Of a DNA stretch of 64,000 nt, positions 53,706 through 64,000 are shown one piece after another. Both the position numbers and the translations under genes were made by a program. Position 1 is the stretch's first letter; each line of letters starts with the position of its first letter. The stretch is from Octopus sinensis (Eukaryota), in contig NC_043013.1 of assembly GCF_006345805.1 (NCBI RefSeq), positions 10,974,001-11,038,000 on the forward strand. The letters are read 5' to 3'. Under the pieces are notes generated by a model. The model did not search any database and was not told the DNA's origin. It was given only the letters and a program-made list of their open reading frames with translations.

Positions 53706-54045
53706 TCTTTGTGCGTGTACTCGTGTGTTGAATGAAACACTTACACAGACTTAATGTCATATTTTAAATAGACATTGATAGCAGCAAGAGAGAAAACTAG
53801 GAAAACGGATAAGAAAAAATGGACAGAGTGCTGTAGAATGAAAAATTGAAGTTGACAAATCAGATGGTTTCTTAGATGGATAAGACGTGTTTGATACTAT
53901 ACAGAAGTAACCGTGGTAGTCAGACAGAGACATATACATACTGAGACATCCGGATGCTTGGATATCCAGAGTAGAGTTACACACACACACACACACACCA
54001 CACCACCACACACACACCACACCACACACACCCCAACACACACAC

Positions 54046-54090
<45 letters not shown>

Positions 54091-54111
54091 CTATACATAC
54101 ATATCTTTAGT

Positions 54112-54147
<36 letters not shown>

Positions 54148-54437
54148 TAGATATGTTTCTTTATTAGCCACACAGGGCTGCACACAGGCAGGACAAATTA
54201 CAAGGTAGATCTTTTCTTTTGGGAGTAAAAAAAGGGGGTTTGGTTTTTGATCAAAAGGGATCGTAAAGGGAAAGAAAGAGGACAAAAAAATGGGGGAACA
54301 AAATTAAAAAAAATGACAGATAGATAGATAGATAGATAGATAGTAAGATAGTGAGTAAGGCAGAAAAGCAATAAACATTCACGGAGAGAGAGAGGGAGAG
54401 TGAGTGAGAGAGAGAGATGCATACATAGACTAAGTGA

Positions 54438-54471
<34 letters not shown>

Positions 54472-54619
54472 CATACATATATATACAGATATGTAGATAT
54501 ATATATGGATTGATACATAGAGAGAGGGAGCAGTAGAGAGAGGGAGAGAGGGGGAGAGAGAGAGAGACCGATATATACACAGAAACATAGACGGACAGAC
54601 AGACACGCATGTACATAGG

Positions 54620-54687
54620 TAGATAGACAGAGATGTAAATAGATGGATAGATAGGTGAATAGATAGATAGATAGCTAGATAGATAGC

Positions 54688-54773
<86 letters not shown>
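54620..54773. repeat. (GATA)n tract
   Basis: Direct inspection. Confidence 0.95.
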
Positions 54774-54774
<1 letters not shown>

Positions 54775-55255
54775 AGGGTAATGCATGAATATAAAGATAA
54801 GGAAGTAAGCTAAAGAGAATGGTAAGGAAGGGAGATAATGATGGATGAAAATAGGTAATACAGGCTTAGAAAAGTTGTTACAAGGGCAGAGAAAGAGAAA
54901 ATTGTATCTATCTATCTATCTATATATCCATCTGTCTGTCTGTCTGTCTGTCTGTCTATGTGTCTATCTGTCTATATGTCTGTCTGTCTGTTTATTTATC
55001 TGTTATCCGTTTATCTATCACGTTTCCCCATTCTTGCGTATGCTTATACCTGTACGTTACGCCTTGTACATACATACACACACATATACATACAGACGTA
55101 TAGATATATAGACATATATACATAGATGCATAAAACTAAATATATAAATATATACATATATGTAACTACATGCACATATATGTGGGGCGCGTGTATCCCC
55201 ATCTCTCTCTAAATATAATATGTATATATATATGTGTATTATATATATATGTGTA

Positions 55256-55314
<59 letters not shown>

Positions 55315-56012
55315 TAATATACATACAAATATATATACAGATATGTAGATATATATAATATATAATATATATATACATATATATTATAAATACATATATA
55401 TACAGATATGTAGATATATATATATGTGCATACATATATATTTATATACACATATACAGGTATACAGATATTATATATACATAAACACGCTCATATACAA
55501 GCATATTTGTCTATATGCTATCATTACTAGACACAGCTGTGTACATACACTTCACACTTCACACCAATTGCGAACAATCATGTAGAAATAACTTCTATAA
55601 ACATGAATGCATTAATGACCATAATATTCTAACCTATCACTCTCTTCCACTTCTTCTTCCTCTCCATCATTATCATCATCATTATTATCCCCATAACTAT
55701 AAATGAAACTATCATTATTCCCTGTCGTTATCATCATCATCATCATCATCATCATCATCTGAAGTAGTAGTAGTAGTAGTATTAGTAGTAGTAGTGTTGA
55801 TCCATTAAAATAGCAGTGTTGTTGATGGTTAAAAAAAAAATATATATATATATACATCGTAAGGCTAATAATATCAACAGCCATGTAATTCAGCTGAAGC
55901 AACATTAGTCATTTCAAAAGCTCATAGAAATCACTGCAATATAACAGTGTGACCTATCATCCATGCCATTTATTTTTACAGTCTGTAATAAACATAACAA
56001 ACACCCTGAATA

Positions 56013-56059
<47 letters not shown>

Positions 56060-56205
56060 CTACAAAAGCTTATGCGGCCATTACAAAAAGAAAAAAATGC
56101 CACACATACATACAAACATACATACCTCCTTACATATTCCATTATATATATATAGATAACATATATATACATACATGCATATATATATATATAATATATA
56201 TATAT

Positions 56206-56248
<43 letters not shown>

Positions 56249-56723
56249 TGTATGTATGTATTTTGTTTCTTTGTAATGGCTGCTTAAGCTTTTTTATCTT
56301 AAGTTTAAAGTCTGATTTTTAATTTCTTGACGTTACGAAAGAAATAATAATTGTTTGTTTACTTAATTTTCTATGTTTTGTATTCTCTCTATATATAATA
56401 TTGTAAATGTATTTCATTGCGTTGTGGTTACGGAGACAGATATGGTTGTGCTAACTGGCATAGTTATATTTTTCAAAGAGACTTAATATCTACTACTACT
56501 GCTACCACCATCACATCACCAGCCAGCAAGCTAGCCTGCCATCTATCTAACCAACCAGCTTGTTCGTCTATCTAGTCAAGTATTTGTAAACGATTCGTGC
56601 TCAGTTAAGCTCGTTGTCTACTATATGTATGTGGAATATCCCCATTTACATGTTTGTATGACGGTGTGGACATGTGCTTGTCTCCCGCGTATCTATGAGT
56701 GTGGGTGCGTTAGTGTGTGCATT

Positions 56724-56766
<43 letters not shown>

Positions 56767-56811
56767 TGTGTGTGTGTACGTGCCTGCACGTTCGCATAAT
56801 TTTCCATTTTT

Positions 56812-57271
56812 TTCTCTTTCTTTTACCTGTTTCAGTCATTTGACTGCTGCCATGATGGAGCAACGAATTTAGTCGAACAAATCAACCCTGGGACATATTC
56901 TTTATAAGCCTAGTACTTATTCGATATCTATTTTGCCGAACCGCTTATTTACGGCGACCTAAACACTCCAACATCGGTTGTCAAGCGATGCGGATGGGTA
57001 CGCGATGGGGATGGGTACAAACACAGACACACAAAAACACGCGCGCGCGCACGGTAATTTATCGATTCGACAAAAGAGACCAATAGAGTAAGTATATATA
57101 TATATAATATATATATATATTATATATATATATATATATATACTATGTATTATGTATGTATATATATATACTATGTATTATGTATGTATATATATAATAC
57201 TATGTATTATGTATGTATATATATATATACTATGTATTATGTATATATATATTATAATATGTATTATTATA

Positions 57272-57360
<89 letters not shown>

Positions 57361-57515
57361 ACGTGCTTCTTTCAGTTTCCGTCTACCAAATCCCTCACAA
57401 GGCTTTGGTTGGCCCGAGGCTATAGCAAAAGACACTTGCCCAAGGTGCCACGTAGTGGGACTGAAATCGGAACCATGTGGTTTGGAAGCAAGCTTCTTAC
57501 CAGACGGCCACTCCT
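56812..57515 (-). mobile_element. SINE family A with expanded internal microsatellite/minisatellite
   Basis: Tail at 56812-56990, head at 57360-57515; internal TA tract includes tactatgtattatgtatgtatata units x4 (57141-57245). Confidence 0.85.
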
Positions 57516-58692
57516 GTGTATATTTTAAAAATAGACAGGTGAGAGTGACTTCGAAGTTTCGGAGTACTAGCATTCGCCGGACTGCTCAATATAGGTTTGT
57601 CGGCTGAAACTTCGAAGACACTACTACCACTGTTTTTGCTTATAAATATATGTGCTCTACAAAAATTATTGAGTACTCATTCGGTTTAATTGATGTAGAA
57701 CTCTATTTATTATAACTTGATATAGAAACGCAACTTATATACTTATATATGTATGACAAACGAAAGTGAAAGGCACTCAACACACATACACACTGACACA
57801 CACACTGACACACACATATTTTAAAAGTTAAAGAAATATACGTGTGTGCTTGTGTGTGTGTGTACTTGTGTGTGTGTGTGTGCTTGTATCTATGATAGTA
57901 TGTATGTATATACATATAGATAGATTGATAATAATATCTGTATATATATATATATTCATACACACACACAAATATATACATTACTGTTATATACGAGTGT
58001 TGTTGCCAGTGACTTCGAAGTATATTTATGTGTGTGTGTGGTGTGTGTATGTGTGTGCGTGCGTGTGCGCGTGTGTATGCATATCAATATAGAGAGAAGA
58101 ATACTGTTGTGAAAGAGAGAATTGAGGAACAGGAAAGAAGGTTTACCGTTATACTTATCAAACGCATGTATGCGTTGTGGGTGTACGCTGAATATATTGT
58201 CTATAATTATGGTATTGATGCATTGATAATCACTCATTTGATAAAGATATTCGTATTCATACAATTATATGTATATTTATTAATGTGTGTGCGTATGTAG
58301 CAATGTTTTATGATTATACAAATTAAAATTTTTACTAATATAATTAAAACCAATCACGTGATTGTAACCCATTAATTACTACTTCTTCATCGGAGATTGT
58401 ATTTGAGGGACTTTTATTCTAAAGCATTTTTCTTTTTTACTTTTTCTCGTTTCCCTCATTAGCTAAGAACCACGTGTGGAGCAGGGCTATAAATGGTTTA
58501 TGTTATAGTGGAACTAATACACACCTGTACTTACGTTTTAGCCTGGTGCTATTATTTATTCCATCGGGCTTTTCACAGAACTAAGATTATTTGGATGTAG
58601 ACAAATTAACACCGAATTTCAAAGAGTGGCGACAGGCACACACACACACAGACACACACACACACAGACACACACATGAATGCATATATATA

Positions 58693-58991
58693 CCACCGTG
58701 ATCACCGTGACAGACCAGGCTACCAGATGTTGCTACACATCGTTGGTCACAATTGATTTAGCCTTCAAATGACGCCACCCCACTGGTTAACCGAGCAAGC
58801 CAACAGAAGAAAGAGTGAGAGAAAGTTGTGCCGAAAGAGTACAGCAAGGATCGCCACCACCCCCTGCCGGAGCCTCGTGGAGCTTTAGGTGTTTCCGCTC
58901 AATAAACACTCACAGTGCCCGGTCTAGGAATCGAAACCGCGATCCTACGGCCGCGAGGCCACTGCCCTAACTACTGGGTCATTGCGCCTCC
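58693..58991 (-). mobile_element. SINE family C (tail variant 2)
   Basis: Head and body are the reverse complement of 52347-52535; different 3' module ending tcacggtgatcacggtg. Confidence 0.92.
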
Positions 58992-59029
58992 GCATATATA
59001 TATAAATATATACGTTCACACATACATAT

Positions 59030-59185
59030 CGGACTATTTCAGTTTCGGTCTCCCAAATCTACCCTCAAAGCATTGGTCGGCCCTAGGGCTAGAGTGGAAA
59101 ACACTTGCCGAAGGTACTACGTAGTAGTACCCGGAACCATGTGATTAAGAAAACAGTATCTTAACACACAGACACTCCTGCGCCT
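59030..59185 (-). mobile_element. Decayed SINE A head
   Basis: tttcagtttc...ttggtcggccc...acacttgcc.aaggt...ccggaaccatgtg...cactcctgcgcct. Confidence 0.75.
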
Positions 59186-59249
59186 ATGCATATGTTTAAT
59201 TTTCACTTCCTCTTTTTCTTATTTTTACGTCAGTACAAATATTACAATA

Positions 59250-59505
59250 GCTTATAGTTTTCCAACATAGACACAAATCCAAAAATATTTCGTTTCAAAT
59301 TTTGGTACAAGGCCACAAAATTCGTGGAAAGGAATTAATCGATTACATCGACCTAAGTGATCAACTGGTCTTTATTTTATCGTGAGCAGAAGGATTAAAT
59401 GCTAAGTCGACTGTGGCTGCAATTGAACTCAGAATATAAAGACTGACGAAATGCCGCTAAACAGTTTTCCTGGCGCGCTAACGACGCTACAAGCTCATCG
59501 CCTTA
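59250..59505 (-). mobile_element. Decayed SINE B-related copy
   Basis: aatcgattacatcgacc...aagtcgac...ttgaactcagaa...gacgaaatgccgcta...ctcatcgcctt. Confidence 0.8.
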
Positions 59506-60687
59506 AACGGATCCTACAATATTGAAAAACAGAACTAAGAAAATCGATTTCGTTATTATATTAATCCATGTAATCTTTTGTTGTTTATCTATTATCAAAC
59601 CCGGAAGTTGTTTTATAATAAAGCTACATAGCATCAAATTTTGGGAAGAGATACAATCGATTATAACACTTGAAGTCACTTACTAGTATCTATTGATTAT
59701 CAAACCCGGAAGTTGATTAATTTTAACTCAGGCATGTGGTATCATGTTTGAAGGAAGAGAATATATAAAAATATTGAGAACGATACTTCCTTCGTATTTA
59801 TTGTATCGTCCTCGTATATTCATTTCTAGTGTAGCTATATCATCTCATAGTTTGGGAAGCCATATAATCGATTATATCGGTTGCAGTGCTTCAAGGTTAT
59901 TTATTTATTATCAACACCGGAAGTTGATGTCTAAAATATAAACAAAGCATCAAATCAGAGGAAGCAAGTATTTCATTGATATCAACTCCCAAGTACTTTG
60001 CTGTTCGTTATTTAATCATTCCCGGTGGTGATCATCTCCACTTTAAAGTGGATGTTGTGCTAGAAGTTAGAATACTGCGATAGATACGATGGCAGAACGT
60101 CTCATATAAGCTCTTAGTGCATATATATGTCCACTCCTGTATCATATAACGCCGGTTAGATTTCAACTACAAAAACCGACCTCATCATCTAAGACTTGAT
60201 TTCTGCCAAGTTAACGCGTTGGCATAACAAGGTATTAAGAAATCTCTTAAAAGATATAGATAACTTTTCTACAACTAACCCGGCTAGTCAACCATCCACC
60301 CGTCAATCACGGTACCATGTTTGACATTTCTGCGATGAGCTATTCAGCTGACACGAACCCAGTAGCACAGGTCTAAGGCCACTAAGCCCCTAAATTAAGA
60401 TATCTATCTACCTATCTATATGCGTGGGTGTATGTATATATACATATATATATGAATTTATATGAGTATATGCATAAAAACATGTGTGTATATATATATG
60501 TGTGTGTGTGTGTGTGTACTTAGTGCATGTATATATATGGCAATATATGTGAATATGTATATATAAATATTTATGTATATATAGATATAAGTATATATAT
60601 ATTTATATCCCCTCTTTCTTACTATGCGTATAGTATATGCATATATACATATAAATATATATATATATACATATATCATATATATAT

Positions 60688-60747
<60 letters not shown>

Positions 60748-61314
60748 TATCTGTATCTACCCATATCTCCCCCTCTCTCTTACTTTGCATACATATAATA
60801 TATATGTGGACATAATCATACATACGGACATATATATTCTTATCTGGTGACATACACATACTTCCGCATAATTATACATGCATACATACAAATATACATA
60901 CATTTACAGATGCAAATCGATCGTGACACGTTTGATAAACTTCAATATTGACAATTGTTTTTCCGGCCACTTAAATATGAATTATATGTATGTACTTAAA
61001 TAATTAAATTATCGTTCTTTTTAATAATTTCTTTTCTTTGCATTCAGCAGCGAAAACCATGATTAGAGAAATAGTTTTAATTAATGCTTACACACACACC
61101 ACACACACACCCCGAAACACAAACACACGCCACGAATAAATGTGTTTTTTATATGTGTGAGTATATATATACACATTTTTTAAGTATATATATATTTATA
61201 TACATGTATATATATATATACACACTGTGTAGGTATGGATATATATATATATATGTATGTATGTATGTATGCGTGTAGGTGTATGCATGCACACATATAT
61301 CCATATATGTATGG

Positions 61315-61368
<54 letters not shown>

Positions 61369-61520
61369 GATATATGTGTGTGTGAGTATATACATATTAA
61401 TGTGTGTGTGTGTGTATGGTGCGAGCTTTTGTGTTTGCGTTAAACTAATTCACAACCGATATTCATTTGTTCACGCCATCGTAAATTAGCCATTCTGCAA
61501 AATAGAGAGAATAGAAAAAG

Positions 61521-61569
<49 letters not shown>

Positions 61570-61572
<3 letters not shown>

Positions 61573-62436
61573 GGTGTCCCAAAAGTTACTAATAAGTTTC
61601 AAATTTAATATCTTCTTTACCTTTACAAATAAATGCATGAAATGTTGATACAATATAAAGGACATAACACAAATTAATATGCAGAAGTGAAATTTTGCAA
61701 TACCACTACAACACATATGAAAAATATCACTTAAATCGCACCCGTTTTCTGCTTCGCACGCCCGTACTCTTTATGGTGCTCTAGCACCATAGCACCCTCA
61801 AATGTTTCAGACCCCACTTTTCTGATTTCTCTACTGATGTTCTCCTTCAGTTGCACCAGGGTATCCGGGTTGTTGGTGTAAACCCTCTCTTTCAGCTATC
61901 TATGATTGAGACATTTCTGCACCCGGCCATTTAAAGTAGACATCACACAGAGTTCCAGCAAGACGAGGCAACTGATCATATCACGATAGAAACAAGGCAC
62001 TTGCTACAGCAGTGCTTTGGGGAGAGAATAATCTCCTGCTACACCAATGTCAACTGGCCTCCACGTTCCTAGAGACTTGACTTGCCCGGATCTTTTCTTG
62101 TGAGAATACATGAAAGAAAAGGATTACGTCAACAAACTGGAGACCCTGGTGCAACTGAAGGAGAACAACAATAGAGAAATCAGAGAAGTGGGGTCTGAAA
62201 ATCTTGAAGGTGTTATGGTGCAAATTCTGGAAAGAGCAAAGCATGCAAGGCCGAAAATGGCTACCATTTAAGCGATGTCATATTTCATATGTGATGTAGT
62301 GATGTTGCAAAATTTGACTTGTGCATATTTAGTTCCATTACGTCCTTTATATTGTATCAAAATTTCATGCATTTATTTGTAAAGTTAAAGAAGTTATCAC
62401 AAGTTGAAACCCATCAGTGACTGTTGTGATAGCCTG
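61570..62436. mobile_element. Foldback mariner/maT derivative with ~330-bp inverted arms
   Basis: TA|cagggtgtcccaaaagt ... gatagcctg|TA; 61570-61900 is a diverged reverse complement of about 62105-62436; plus strand encodes WPPRS*DLTCPDLFL*EYMKEKDYVNKLETLVQLKEN. Confidence 0.85.
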
Positions 62437-62489
62437 TATGTATATATGTATATATATATATATATATATATCACAAAAGCATCTAAGAT

Positions 62490-62715
62490 CGTTCCTTAGC
62501 TCACAAGGCCGATTTCCAGGTTTTTGAGATGCATATTTCAACACTCGTGGACGGGGTGCCGCTCCGTGGCAAGATTACTCATTTTTGCAAGTGGACTGGA
62601 GTACCGTGAAATGAAGAGTTTTGCCCCAAAACAACACATCATCCAATTCAGCAGTCGAAATCAACAATTTTACAATAATGAATTCAATACCCTATCCGCC
62701 CGAGACGCGCATCTG
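62490..62715 (-). mobile_element. Old SINE fragment, V-domain-like
   Basis: ggacggggtgccgctccgtggcaag...actcatttt...gtggactggag..cgtgaaatgaagagttttgc. Confidence 0.55.
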
Positions 62716-63149
62716 CACACCGTTCTTTTCAACGCTGGATCCCGTACATGAAGACTGTACTCGAGCAGATACATCTCAGCAGTTATTTGACATTCGTGCG
62801 TATCGTATTGTGAGGTTTTGTGTGTTTTTATTCTTTAATTCCTTTAATCTTTAGGAAGCATTGTGTTACCAATCAAAGAACAGAATAACGAACATAGGCC
62901 AACAAGAGGAAAGAGAAAACATAAGCATATACATACGTAGGCACACACATTCTAGCATACATGTATATGTAACTTCTAAACGGTGGTTAGGTTGCTGTTA
63001 CCAATGTTCTAAGTAAGATACAACTACACCCATATTTCACAAAACTTAGTCACGAAATATATCGACGACTCAGCAGGCGAAATCAAACAAGGGGTATCAC
63101 CATACACATTTGTACAGCACAACACGCATGTATGACATATATATATATG

Positions 63150-63261
<112 letters not shown>

Positions 63262-63660
63262 TGATATATATACATACACACACACACAATCACATGTATA
63301 TATATATATATATATATATATATTGAGTCAGATATGAATAGTGTTATGAATTGAGACAAAAAAACCTGAAATACTATTTTGCTGAGTGCAAGTTCCATTT
63401 CATTTACTCCTTCAGGTATTTGGGTGATTACATTATCCATATATATATATATCATATATATATAATGTAAATCATAATGTATATATATATTATTATATAT
63501 ATAAATTCATAAATGTATATATATATATATATAAATTTATAGACATGCTCTCGGACAGCAGAATGGTGAAGTATCTACACATATAAGTATATGTTTATAC
63601 GCACACATAAATATAATTCATGCATATATATACATATATACCTACATACACACACACACA

Positions 63661-63753
63661 TATACACTCAAATGTTCAAAAATAAACATGTATAAATAGA
63701 TTTATCTTCATGTGTATGTACAATGCATATATACATATAATATGCATACATAA

Positions 63754-63813
<60 letters not shown>

Positions 63814-63875
63814 CACTCAAATGTTCAAAAATATACATGAATAAATAGATTTATCTTCATGTGTATGCACAAATA
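63661..63875. repeat. Direct duplication of ~62 bp separated by microsatellite
   Basis: tatacactcaaatgttcaaaaata...tttatcttcatgtgtatg at 63661 and 63810. Confidence 0.9.
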
Positions 63876-63914
63876 TATTTATATATATATAATCTATACA
63901 TATATATATATGTT

Positions 63915-63947
<33 letters not shown>

Positions 63948-64000
63948 GTATACATATATATATACACATATATGTGCATGTGTGTGTATATATATATAAT

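Noticed and set aside
63355-63420. Minus-strand CTGAAGGA...GAAA hammerhead-like words
   Set aside because: The core is not CUGANGA and the candidate stem I overlaps the core; no consistent three-stem fold

Overview
AT-rich, microsatellite-saturated eukaryotic DNA, intergenic or intronic. No intact host protein-coding gene can be supported; nearly all listed ORFs are translations of (TA)n, (CA)n, (GA)n, (GATA)n, (ATT)n or (ATC)n tracts. The SINE repertoire resembles octopus/cephalopod genomes (inference from recalled repeat families, not checked). The window holds many copies of at least three tRNA-derived SINE families, called A, B and C here. It also holds decayed DNA transposons (Tc1, DD37D/maT, pogo/Tigger, MITEs and a foldback mariner derivative), a CR1-group LINE 3' fragment whose tail matches SINE A, and two R4/Dong-type LINE 3' ends. 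The strongest signal is a highly structured non-coding element in a (TA)n tract at 37.6-38.4 kb. It carries a complete type I hammerhead ribozyme on each strand, in an interleaved inverted-repeat layout. A minimal hammerhead with a U3:A8 core covariation lies at 27.86 kb, and several degenerate hammerhead-like motifs are scattered nearby, consistent with Penelope-like or retrozyme-type elements. Element boundaries are read by eye and approximate unless a TSD or TIR is quoted.
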